A DNA stretch of 64,000 nucleotides from an uncultured cyanobacterium. Lineage in GTDB: Bacteria > Cyanobacteriota > Cyanobacteriia > Cyanobacteriales > CAWUOF01. Below, one piece after another: positions 50,662-59,966 of this stretch. Within the stretch, counting starts at the first letter, position 1, and each line of letters starts with the position of its first letter. The translations under genes were made by a program, and so were the position numbers. The DNA is taken from positions 1,536,001 through 1,600,000 of the forward strand of contig CAVUSO010000001.1 of the NCBI GenBank assembly GCA_963744145.1, in the 5' to 3' direction. The notes below the pieces were generated by a model, which ran no database searches, had not been told where the DNA came from, and worked only from the letters and a program-made list of their open reading frames with translations.

Positions 50662-50904
50662 ATGGCTAAACAAGCGGAAGCACTAATATCGAAATTTGGT
50701 GGCGATTACACTTATGAGGAGTTGCGCCTGATCAAAAAAGATTTTGAACTTTCTAAAATTCAATATGAATATCCAGGTAGTGTAAAAGGTAATAATTTTA
50801 CAGAACTAGAGGAACTGGCTAAAGATGGTGATCCAGATGCAAAAAAAGCAATTAAGCTTCTTCTCCAAACCAATAGACTAAATGAAAAATCAGGTCAAGA
50901 TTGA
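50662..50904 (+). CDS. Small hypothetical protein (80 aa)
   Basis: AGGAG upstream; EYPG..ELEELAKDGDPDAKKAIKLL. Confidence 0.68.
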   Translation: MAKQAEALISKFGGDYTYEELRLIKKDFELSKIQYEYPGSVKGNNFTELEELAKDGDPDAKKAIKLLLQTNRLNEKSGQD

Positions 50905-51017
50905 ATAGCCCGAGTAGATTATAGATAGTTTAGATGTTGTCTAAAATTTATTCTTGCTATTTAGAGTTTAGTTCATACTGAGTGGAGTTTCATTCTACAA
51001 GAATCAAGAGACTAATT

Positions 51018-51200
51018 ATGGCTAAAAAACACATGGGTCAAGTTAAAACGCCAACAGGTTCTGCTTACGATTATTATTGGGATGAAAATACTGGTGAAGT
51101 CTATGTTGGTAGCGAATCGGCTGGTAAAGCTTCATCCTCTGATGAAGCTTGGCGTAAAGCTAACTACTACGCAACTACGCTTAAACAATGGAAGGATTGA
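51018..51200 (+). CDS. Conserved 60-aa hypothetical protein, copy B
   Basis: 50/60 aa identical to 57057-57239 by manual comparison. Confidence 0.75.
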   Translation: MAKKHMGQVKTPTGSAYDYYWDENTGEVYVGSESAGKASSSDEAWRKANYYATTLKQWKD

Positions 51201-51206
51201 TTAAGA

Positions 51207-51431
51207 AAATTGTGATCGCTTCCTTCATAAGCTCTACTGTCTGGTGATATAAAAAATCAAGAAACGTTGAGTTTTTGTTGGGCGATCGCACTTGCTTTCC
51301 CAAAATCTCTACTAAATCTGACTGACAACGAACAATAATTCAAATCAAAATTGTGAATTGATCGCTCCATCAAATCTGATATCTAGTGATTGAAAAAATC
51401 AAAAGAGGTTGAGTTTTTGCTGGGCGATCGC
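51207..51431 (+). repeat. Two copies of a ~72-bp repeat ending in HIP1
   Basis: GATCGCT..GTGAT..AAAAAATCAA..GTTGAGTTTTTG.TGGGCGATCGC at about 51214-51289 and 51360-51431. Confidence 0.8.
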
Positions 51432-51481
51432 TTCACTAAATCAACAAGTTCTAACAAATTTTAATCCAAACGGAGTTAATT

Positions 51482-52306
51482 ATGAGTAGTATACTCGAAA
51501 ATATAAAAGAATGTTTAGATGACTCTAACAAATACAGAGAACGGGGAGACTTCTATTCTGAGCAAAAAAAATATAAGCAAGCTCTTGAAGAATATGCTAG
51601 GTCTCTGGAAAGATTTGAAATATATCTGCGGCTTACCGAAACAACTGCGGGAAAAACATATTATGAAGGAAACATTTGGCCTAATGTACTTTTTTCGATG
51701 GCTAGGATATTTATGAAGATTAAAACTTGCTATTTTGAGCAGGAAGATTATGCTAAAGCTGCATTTTTTATCAAAATCTTAAAAGAAATTGCCAAAAATT
51801 TAGATGGATTTAAAACTAGTTTTAATATAGAAATGTTAAACTCTTACGAAACATTAATTGAAGGATTAAAATATAGTGAAGCTTTAGTTAGTGTAAAAAA
51901 AGATATAAGTGATTTAAAGAATCAATCTAACAAAGTAGATGATTCTGATGAAATTTTTAAGAAAATTTGTTTAGAATTAGATAGATGTTGTTCTTATCAT
52001 ATATGTCCTTTACCTGCTAGAGGAATTGATAAGAAAGCTCCTTATGGTAGTAGTAGTAATTCTTGCTTCATCGCAACAGCAGCCTTCTCAACTTCTGTAC
52101 ATCCAGACTTAGACACATTCCGTAGTTTTCGAGATGAAAAACTTTTAACCAATTTGATTGGTAAGCAGCTAGTTAATCTCTACTATAAAATCGGACCCAC
52201 TATAGCTCAATATGTGGAAAAACAGCCAGGAATCAAAACTTTTCTAAAACAGCAACTAGGGCATTTAGCAAAGTGGATGCGTAGCCGAGGAGTTACAAGT
52301 AGGTAA
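51482..52306 (+). CDS. Helical/TPR-like protein with C-terminal CFI-box-CTERM domain, copy B
   Basis: SCFIATAAF..FRSFRDEKL..GKQLVNLYYKIGPTIA; GGAG RBS. Confidence 0.8.
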   Translation: MSSILENIKECLDDSNKYRERGDFYSEQKKYKQALEEYARSLERFEIYLRLTETTAGKTYYEGNIWPNVLFSMARIFMKIKTCYFEQEDYAKAAFFIKILKEIAKNLDGFKTSFNIEMLNSYETLIEGLKYSEALVSVKKDISDLKNQSNKVDDSDEIFKKICLELDRCCSYHICPLPARGIDKKAPYGSSSNSCFIATAAFSTSVHPDLDTFRSFRDEKLLTNLIGKQLVNLYYKIGPTIAQYVEKQPGIKTFLKQQLGHLAKWMRSRGVTSR

Positions 52307-52376
52307 TATAAATTTTTGCGATCGCCTATTTTTCAGACATGGTAATCAAAATAATTTAACTGAGGATGTAGCTAAT

Positions 52377-52560
52377 ATGGAAATTTTGGAAAATCGCCAA
52401 GAAATATGGTATGAAAAAGGTAAGGAGTTACGTTAGCAAGGTGAGTTTATAGGTGCGATCGCTGCATTCGATCAAGCTATAGCGATTAAAAACGACTTCC
52501 ATCAAGCTTGGTTTTTCAAGGGTATTGTGCTGAATTATTTAGAACGCTATGAGGATGCAA
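52377..52560 (+). pseudogene. Decayed 5' part of the TPR gene
   Basis: Matches 58467-58650; GAG>TAG at 52434-52436; homology ends near 52560. Confidence 0.88.
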
Positions 52561-52674
52561 CACACAAAGAGAGGCTTTCAAGAATCATCCTCAACCACCA
52601 CAATCAACTCAGTAGTGAAACATCAATCTGTCTATCAGTTTATAGGTAATTTCAACATATTGGAGATGTAAATA

Positions 52675-53753
52675 ATGCATTCTGTAAAAGGTGTAGATTA
52701 CACAAACTTACAACACTTGTTATCTGAAGGAAGATGGAAAGAAGCTGATTTAGAAACAGGTAAAAAAATGTGTGAAGTGATGGGGCGAGAAAAAGAAGGT
52801 AGTTTAACAGTCCAGGATATTAATAATTTTCCCAGTGAAGACTTACGCATAATTGATCAGCTTTGGGTAAAAGCTAGTAACGGTCATTTTGGTTTTTCAG
52901 TGCAGAAACGTATTTATGAAAGTCTGGGTGGAACCAAACGCTATTTAGGCGGAAATCAATATTATGATGAGAAAATCTGGAAAGCTTATGTTGCTCGCGT
53001 TGGCTGGTATTTAAGTGGACTTAATGGATGGATAGACTACAATGACCATACATTTCCAAGTAATGATTCATTCGACGGCCACCTACCAAGGGGAGGGTTT
53101 ACATTTACTTCCCAAGGGGGATACGCAGTCATTTCTTTAGGAGATTCTGGTTGGCACCAACTTCTTTTGCGAATGGACACAATTGATGGTAAGCAAACCA
53201 ATAAGCCTTTAGAAATAAAAGTTCTCGATTCAGTAAAAGGTGTAGATTACACAAATTTACAACGTTTATTGGCTGAAGTAAAATGGAAAGAAGCTGATAT
53301 AGAAACGCGCAAAAAAATGTTGGAAGTAATGGGGCGGCACAAAGTTTATAACGGTACTCTAAGACTCGAAGATATTAACAATTTTCCCTGCGAAATTTAC
53401 GCACAATTGATAAACTTTGGGTGAAATACAGTAACGGTCATTTTGGTTTTTCGGTGCAAAAGCATATCTATGAAGCTCTGGGTGGAACCTGGTCTTATAA
53501 TGAGAACACAGAACATCCAATATATAATGAGACTATCTGGACTACTTTTGGCGATCGCGTCGGTTGGAGAAGAAGGGGAGAAGGATGGAATTGGTGGACA
53601 AAAGAATGGATAAAAGACGATGACTTTATCTTCTCAGTCAATTCCCCTAAAGGTCATCTTCCAGGAGGAGCAGGTAGAAATATAGTGGGGTGGGATCATA
53701 GGATAGCCATTTTTGCTCGGATCAAGGTTTTTGCTAGTTATTTTTTCCCATAA
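52675..53753 (+). pseudogene. Tandem two-GUN4-domain gene with a 1-nt deletion frameshift near 53394
   Basis: Two GVDYTNLQ.LL...WKEAD.ET and SNGHFGFSVQK blocks; adding one G restores FPCEDLRTIDKLWVKYSNG. Confidence 0.82.
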
Positions 53754-53866
53754 CAATAATTTCTTTTAATAAGTGGAGAGCTTTTTTGCATGAGGTGCTA
53801 AAATGATCATATTGGCTTTTCTCATGATCTTTTTCAGAATGGCGATCGCGTTGCTCTTAACAAAAA

Positions 53867-54718
53867 ATGTACGATAACATTTGTAAATTTATCGCCGAAA
53901 ACTTTAGTGATGATCTGGCGAGTTGGTTATTGGGAACTCCCGTAAAGTTAACCAAACTAAACCCAAGGGAGTTATCTTTAGAACCGATCCGGATGGACTC
54001 TCTGATTTTACAACAGTCAGAAGAGTTAGTTTTGCACACAGAATTTCAAACCGAGCCAGATCCAACAATTCCCTTTCGGATGCTAGATTATCGTGTCCGA
54101 GGATATCGTTGCTTTCCTGACAAGGAAATGCGTCAGATCGTGGTGTACTTGCGACCCACCAATTCGGAATTAGTGAGACAAACCAGTTTTAGATTAAGTC
54201 GGACTCATCACGAGTTTGATGTAATTCGGCTCTGGGAACAACCAACAGAGATATTTCTATCTGCACCAGGGTTATTACCGTTTGCAGTGTTGAGTCGGAC
54301 ACCAGAACCAGAGTTAGTATTAAATCAGGTAGCGAGGAGCATTGACCAAATTACCGATCGCAATGTTCAAAGTAATATCTGTGCATCCACAGCGATTTTA
54401 GCTGGATTAAGATTAAATGGAGAAGTAATTACTAGACTATTAAGGAGAGAGATTATGCGTGAATCAGTCATCTATCAAGAGATTTTGCATGAAGGGTTAC
54501 AGGGAGGAGTAGAGCAAGGGATAGAAATCGGCAAACAACAAGGGATAGAAATCGGCAAACAACAAGGGATAGAAATCGGCAAACAACAAGGGTTACAACA
54601 GTTACAGGAAGCAAAAGAGGGAATAGCTATCAATTTGCTCAAAACTGGGATGACGGTGGAGCAAGTGGTTACTTTTACTGGGTTATCTGTAGAACAAGTA
54701 CAGCATTTACAGCAGTAG
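53867..54718 (+). CDS. Rpn-family protein, copy 3 (three GIEIGKQQ repeats)
   Basis: Near-identical to copies 1 and 2. Confidence 0.88.
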   Translation: MYDNICKFIAENFSDDLASWLLGTPVKLTKLNPRELSLEPIRMDSLILQQSEELVLHTEFQTEPDPTIPFRMLDYRVRGYRCFPDKEMRQIVVYLRPTNSELVRQTSFRLSRTHHEFDVIRLWEQPTEIFLSAPGLLPFAVLSRTPEPELVLNQVARSIDQITDRNVQSNICASTAILAGLRLNGEVITRLLRREIMRESVIYQEILHEGLQGGVEQGIEIGKQQGIEIGKQQGIEIGKQQGLQQLQEAKEGIAINLLKTGMTVEQVVTFTGLSVEQVQHLQQ

Positions 54719-54838
54719 CTGAGTCAGTAAAAGCGATCGCATGAGTGAGACCTAAGCATGACTGTTAAAAATTATCCGGGCTGCGATCGATATTGTAGAT
54801 GAATCCAGTTAATTTATTAAGCGATCGCATCTAAAAAC

Positions 54839-56209
54839 TTAGCCCGGATATCCTTCTTGTAGATATTTTTTCATAAGATAATTAAGCTGAAAATAAGTCT
54901 GTTTTCCTTCAGATTTAGAATCTAGTAATAGCCGTCTTCCCAAAGATTGGATCGCATTTAATAAGTCTGAAGTAGCTAACTTGTTGCTGTTGATAATTTG
55001 TGATAATGTTATCGGTGCATCCTCCTGAGCCAGATCAATTATAATTTCTTTTTCTGAGGGTGCTAGTCGCTCATATTGTCCTTTTAGTTGCACTTGCAAA
55101 GATTCGCATAAAATCAAACTTTCACATTGGAGAAATTCAGAAACTTTACCTGCAAATAACTCTTGAATCATTAGAGCAGTAAACTCTAACCAGAGCGGAT
55201 TTCCTTGGTAAGTATTAATTAAAGTTTCCCAGGTTTCTTCATCTAATAAATTATGTTCTCTCAATATTTCTTTAGCTGCTATACCTAAATTACTTAATAC
55301 TAAAGAGCGATCGGGACTATTTGATCGCTCTGATTTGGCAAAGTCTCTGATTTTTTCGGAACTAATTAACATTAAGCAACTGTGATGAGAAGTTTTTGCT
55401 AATCGTCTAAAAAATAGAGGATAATTTTCTAAGGTTGGTTGATATTCTCCAGCAAATTTACCGCTCCTAAAAAGCATCTGTACATCATCAAGAATAATCA
55501 AGCATCGATAGTTTCGCAGGTAATTAAGGAGTTGGGAAAGTTGCTTTTCAATATTGTGATTAATTTCTGGAGTTTCACAGAAGTTTTGGAGCAAGTTACT
55601 GAGGGTTGTTTCTAGGGTTGGAGAAAAACAAAGACTGTAGTAAATAACATAATCAAAGTTAGTTTTTATTTGTTCAATTAAACGGAGAGTTAGTGCAGTT
55701 TTACCAATTCCGCTCATTCCCAAAAGCTCGATCAGACGACAGCGATCGCTGATAATCCAATGTTCTAGAGTAGCGAGTTCCGTGGTGCGATCGTAAAAGC
55801 TGAATATTTCTGGTGCATCACCTAAGTTAATTTGGGGTTGTTTAGGGGTTTGTTGGGGAGGTTGAGGAGATTTTGGCGATCGGGATTTTTCTTGACAAAA
55901 ATTGACGTTATTAACTGTTCCATAATTTTGACCAATAGCTGATGAATAACTAAACCTTGCTCTTTCTAGGATCGCTCTAACATTACCTTTACTAACCTCT
56001 TCGTCTAATACCTCTGAAAGTATTTTCCATAATTCAGAAGCAGCAACTCTAACATAACCCTCAGTACAATCACGGTCTTGGGCTATCTTGGCATATTTCC
56101 GACCTTGGAGAGCTTCTTTTAAAATAGCCTCTTGCAGATCATCTAAGTGTTGTCCAGTTTTGGCAAAAACTCTTTCATCGGCGAATCTTAAAACTTCCTT
56201 AAGCTCCAT
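54839..56209 (-). CDS. HTH + NB-ARC (STAND) ATPase, copy C
   Basis: Same motifs as copy B; about 110 N-terminal aa diverged, remainder nearly identical. Confidence 0.88.
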   Translation of the reverse strand: MELKEVLRFADERVFAKTGQHLDDLQEAILKEALQGRKYAKIAQDRDCTEGYVRVAASELWKILSEVLDEEVSKGNVRAILERARFSYSSAIGQNYGTVNNVNFCQEKSRSPKSPQPPQQTPKQPQINLGDAPEIFSFYDRTTELATLEHWIISDRCRLIELLGMSGIGKTALTLRLIEQIKTNFDYVIYYSLCFSPTLETTLSNLLQNFCETPEINHNIEKQLSQLLNYLRNYRCLIILDDVQMLFRSGKFAGEYQPTLENYPLFFRRLAKTSHHSCLMLISSEKIRDFAKSERSNSPDRSLVLSNLGIAAKEILREHNLLDEETWETLINTYQGNPLWLEFTALMIQELFAGKVSEFLQCESLILCESLQVQLKGQYERLAPSEKEIIIDLAQEDAPITLSQIINSNKLATSDLLNAIQSLGRRLLLDSKSEGKQTYFQLNYLMKKYLQEGYPG

Positions 56210-56250
56210 AAGTCATGCTTTGGATAATTTTTACTAATATTACCAAAGTT

Positions 56251-56291
56251 TTTATAACATTTTACATAACATTATGTAACTTTTTCTAACA
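56251..56291. promoter_or_regulatory. Short direct-repeat array in the divergent promoter (candidate operator)
   Basis: TAAC at 56255, 56267, 56277 and 56287 in T-rich units. Confidence 0.5.
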
Positions 56292-56357
56292 GGCTCAAAC
56301 AACTAATCGTCCAAAGCAGCCATTGTATGATATTTGAGTAACTTCGGAGAAGCAAAA

Positions 56358-56624
56358 ATGCCTAGCCCAAGTGGTTGGAAATCTATCGGTAAAATTGATG
56401 GAGTTGATTGGGAAATCAAAGAAAAAAAGCACGGTCGATTTTTTCTTATGCGGTCTGTTGGAACTCAATATGACCCTAACGATCCTGATTATCCTCACAC
56501 TCTAGTTGAACTTGAAAATGGCCAATTAACTGGCTTTCAGCACAATTCAGATGATAGACACGGGATGAAGTTCGGAACACGGGATGTAATTATGGCGGCA
56601 GCAAGGATTGTTTTGAGCATTTAG
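56358..56624 (+). CDS. Small hypothetical protein (88 aa)
   Basis: GGAG RBS before ATG 56358; YPHT..FQHNSDDRH. Confidence 0.65.
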   Translation: MPSPSGWKSIGKIDGVDWEIKEKKHGRFFLMRSVGTQYDPNDPDYPHTLVELENGQLTGFQHNSDDRHGMKFGTRDVIMAAARIVLSI

Positions 56625-56726
56625 AGTCGTTGCATGATACTTGATTAAGATTTGCTGTTCGACTTTGCAGTGTTATAGCCGCTCTTGTTGTATATAATCT
56701 ACTTAGGTAAATGAGGCAAATATTCA

Positions 56727-56954
56727 ATGTCTAATAAACCATTTAAGGACGAAAGAAAACAAAATCGTGAATCAGCACAAAAGGATGTTGATAATGTCGT
56801 GAAAGAATTACATTTAACACCAGATGAAAGAGATAAATTACATGATGAATTAGGTGAAGATTATCTCGGATACCATGAAATTCTTGATAGAGCTAAATCT
56901 CTGTTTTCTAAACGTCATGTTAATTATAAAAATGGAGAAAAAGATCGCTGGTAG
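56727..56954 (+). CDS. Small helical hypothetical protein (75 aa)
   Basis: GAGG upstream; VVKELHLTPDERDKLHDEL..LGYHEILDRAKSLF. Confidence 0.68.
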   Translation: MSNKPFKDERKQNRESAQKDVDNVVKELHLTPDERDKLHDELGEDYLGYHEILDRAKSLFSKRHVNYKNGEKDRW

Positions 56955-57056
56955 TCAATGGTTATGCTGTAAAAATAAAGGGTTTATCAAACCGGCTAGT
57001 TAGAGTTTAGGTAATACAGAATTCAGTTGAATTTTATAAACATCAATGGAGTAGTT

Positions 57057-57239
57057 ATGGCTAGAAAAGCAATGGGTGAAGTTAAAACGCCAACAGGTTC
57101 AGTTTATACTTATTATTGGGACGAAGATACTGGTGAAGTCTATGTTGGTGGTGAATCGGCTGGTAAAGCCTCATCTGCTGATGAAGCTTTGCATAAAGCT
57201 AACTACTACGCAACTACGCTTAAACAATGGAAGGATTGA
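57057..57239 (+). CDS. Conserved 60-aa hypothetical protein, copy C
   Basis: GGAG RBS; paralog of 51018-51200. Confidence 0.75.
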   Translation: MARKAMGEVKTPTGSVYTYYWDEDTGEVYVGGESAGKASSADEALHKANYYATTLKQWKD

Positions 57240-57245
57240 TTAAGA

Positions 57246-57470
57246 AAATTGTGATTGATCGCTCTATCAAATCTGATATCTAGTGATTGAAAAAATCAAA
57301 AGAGGTTGAATTTTTGCTGGGCGATCGCACTTGCTTTCCCAAAATCCCTACTAAATCTGACTGACAACGAACAATAATTCAAATCAAAATTGTGAATTGA
57401 TCGCTCCATAAAATCTGATATCTAGTGATTGAAAAAATCAAAAGAGGTTGAGTTTTTGCTGGGCGATCGC
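57246..57470 (+). repeat. Two copies of the ~72-bp repeat ending in HIP1
   Basis: Copies at about 57257-57328 and 57399-57470. Confidence 0.82.
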
Positions 57471-57520
57471 TTTACTAAATCAACAAGTTCTAAGAAATTT
57501 TAATCCAAACGGAGTTAATT

Positions 57521-58396
57521 ATGGATGTTGCTACAGAAATACAACAATTATTGAACGCAAGTATCGGATGCAGAAACAGTGGAGACGTTTATTATGAGCA
57601 AAAAAAATATAAGCAATCTCTTGAAGAATATGCTAGAGCTCTGGAAAAATTTCAAGAATATCTAAACCTTTTTGGTGCTTTTGAAGAATCTGAGCGTCGA
57701 ATGTGTGGACATAGGACTGATTTCGATGTAGAAACCATAGGTAATGTAAAAATTAAAATTAATGTTCTTTTTCCAATGGCTGTTATATTTATTTCGATTG
57801 AAAATTGCTATATTCAACTGCGAGATTATGCTAAAGGTACGTTTTGTCTTAAAATTTTAAGACAAATTATCCAGGGGTTGGATAGAGTTAAAAATAGCCT
57901 ACATCCAGAGATATTAAAAGCCTACATAGAATATACTGAAATGTTAGATTCTTATGACCGATGTTTAAATTCAATGAAAATACTAACACTAACAGACAAA
58001 AGTGATTCTGATAATCAATCTAACGAAATTGACGATTCTGATGAGACTTTTAAAAAAATTTGTTTAGAATTAGACAAATGCTGTTCGTATCGTATATGTC
58101 CTTTGCCTGCTAGAGGAATTGATAAGAAAGCTCCTTATGATGGTAGTAATTCTTGCTTCATTGCAACAGCAGCTTACTCAACTTCTACACATCCAGACTT
58201 AGACACTTTCCGCAGTTTCCGAGATGAAAAACTTTTAACTAATTCTGTTGGTAAGCAGGTAGTTAATATCTACTATAAAATCGGTCCTACAATCGCTCAA
58301 TATGTGGACAAACAGCCAGAAATTAAAACTTTTCTAAAACAGCAACTAGGGTATTTAGCAAAGTGGATGCGTAGTCGAGGAGTTACAAGTAGGTAA
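57521..58396 (+). CDS. Helical/TPR-like protein with C-terminal CFI-box-CTERM domain, copy C
   Basis: SCFIATAAY..FRSFRDEKL; shares EQKKYKQ.LEEYAR and the C-terminal third with copy B. Confidence 0.8.
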   Translation: MDVATEIQQLLNASIGCRNSGDVYYEQKKYKQSLEEYARALEKFQEYLNLFGAFEESERRMCGHRTDFDVETIGNVKIKINVLFPMAVIFISIENCYIQLRDYAKGTFCLKILRQIIQGLDRVKNSLHPEILKAYIEYTEMLDSYDRCLNSMKILTLTDKSDSDNQSNEIDDSDETFKKICLELDKCCSYRICPLPARGIDKKAPYDGSNSCFIATAAYSTSTHPDLDTFRSFRDEKLLTNSVGKQVVNIYYKIGPTIAQYVDKQPEIKTFLKQQLGYLAKWMRSRGVTSR

Positions 58397-58466
58397 TATA
58401 AATTTTGGCGATCGCCTATTTTTCAGACATGATAATCAAAATAATTTAACTTAGGATGGAGCCAAT

Positions 58467-59840
58467 ATGGAAAATTTGGAAAATAGCGAAGAAGTATGGT
58501 ATGAAAAAGGTAAGGAGTTACGTGAGCAAGGTGAGTTTATAGGTGCGATCGCTGCATTCGATCAAGCTATAGCGATTAAAAACGACTTCCATCAGGCTTG
58601 GTTTTTCAAGGGTGTTGTGCTGTATGATTTAGAACGCTATGAGGATGCAATTGCCGTATTCGATCAAGCTATAGCAATTAAAAACGACTTCGATAAGGCT
58701 TGGTTTTTCAAGGGTGTTGTGCTGAATGCTTTAGAACGCTATGAGGATGCAATTGCCGTATTCGATCACCTTATAGCAATTGAATATAACTTCTGCGATC
58801 TAGCTTGGAATAATAAGGGGCTTGCACTATGTGAATTAAAACGCTATATGGACGCAATCATAGCATTTGACCAAGCTATAGCAATTAAAAATAACTATCA
58901 TGAAGCTTGGGATTCCAAGGGTTATGCACTGTCTAAGTTAGAACGTTATGAAGATGCGATCGCTGCATTTAATCAAGCTATAGCGATTAAACACGATTTC
59001 TTCGTAGCTTGGTGGCACAAGGGTGTTGTACTGTATGATTTAGAACGCTATGAGGATGCGATCGCTGCATTCGATCAAGCTATAGCGATTGATAATGATC
59101 AATCTGCTTGGTCTCTCAAAGGTCATGCACTGACGAGTTTAGGAAATGAGCTGTGGAAATTAGAACGACATAAGGACGCGATAATTGCATTGGATCAAGC
59201 TATAGCCATTAACCATGATAACGGACTAGCTTGGTGCTACAAGGGCTGTGTTTTGAATAACTTAAAACGGTATGAAGATGCGATCATTGCATTTGACCAA
59301 GCTATAGCGATTGACCATAATTGCCACGGTGCTTGGTTATTCAAGGGCGCTACACTGAATAACTTAGAACGCTATGAGGATGCGATCACCGCATTTGATC
59401 AAGCTATAGCGATTAAACCTGACTTACATCAAGCTTGGTTTGACAAGGGTTTTACACTAAATGAATTAGAACGGTATAACGATGCGATCATAGCATTAGA
59501 CCAAGGTATAGCAATTAAATACGACGACGAAAACGCTTGGTTTAATAAAGGTTTTGCGCTGTATAACTTAAACCAGCATGAAGATGCGATCGTTGCACTA
59601 GACCAAGCTATAAAGATTAATCACAATAATGAAAGCGCTTGTTTTTATAAGGGTCGTGCACTGAGTGATTTAGGACGCGATGAGGATGCGATTATGGCAT
59701 TTGACCAGGCTATATCAATTAAGCACGACTGCCAACAAGCTTGGTTTCAGAAGAGTAAATCGTTGCGTAAATTAAAACGCGATGAGGATGCCAATGCAGC
59801 CCTTAGCAAGTTCTTTAATTTTGTTGTGGAGAAATCATAA
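58467..59840 (+). CDS. Tetratricopeptide-repeat protein (about 13 repeats)
   Basis: Repeated AW..KG..L..LERYEDAIAAFDQAIAI. Confidence 0.95.
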   Translation: MENLENSEEVWYEKGKELREQGEFIGAIAAFDQAIAIKNDFHQAWFFKGVVLYDLERYEDAIAVFDQAIAIKNDFDKAWFFKGVVLNALERYEDAIAVFDHLIAIEYNFCDLAWNNKGLALCELKRYMDAIIAFDQAIAIKNNYHEAWDSKGYALSKLERYEDAIAAFNQAIAIKHDFFVAWWHKGVVLYDLERYEDAIAAFDQAIAIDNDQSAWSLKGHALTSLGNELWKLERHKDAIIALDQAIAINHDNGLAWCYKGCVLNNLKRYEDAIIAFDQAIAIDHNCHGAWLFKGATLNNLERYEDAITAFDQAIAIKPDLHQAWFDKGFTLNELERYNDAIIALDQGIAIKYDDENAWFNKGFALYNLNQHEDAIVALDQAIKINHNNESACFYKGRALSDLGRDEDAIMAFDQAISIKHDCQQAWFQKSKSLRKLKRDEDANAALSKFFNFVVEKS

Positions 59841-59966
59841 CTTCTAAATATGAATCTTATCCAAAATACGATCACTTCTCTTAGGATAGCTTCTTACAGA
59901 TTGTGTAAGTTCTTACAGATTGTCTAAGTGTTTCTCAGTTTGTATTCTGAAATGGAGGTTAAGCAA

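Noticed and set aside
51207..51431. 72-bp repeats with an intervening segment as a possible CRISPR array
   Set aside because: Repeats are too long, only two per site, the spacer is nearly the same in both units, and there are no cas genes in the window
46112..54120. Recurrent 60-65 aa ORFs overlapping the Rpn 5' ends
   Set aside because: They recur only because the Rpn DNA is triplicated; alternative-frame shadows
58467..59840. TPR repeats or duplicated genes as a diversity-generating retroelement target/template
   Set aside because: No reverse transcriptase in the window and no adenine-specific mismatch pattern evident
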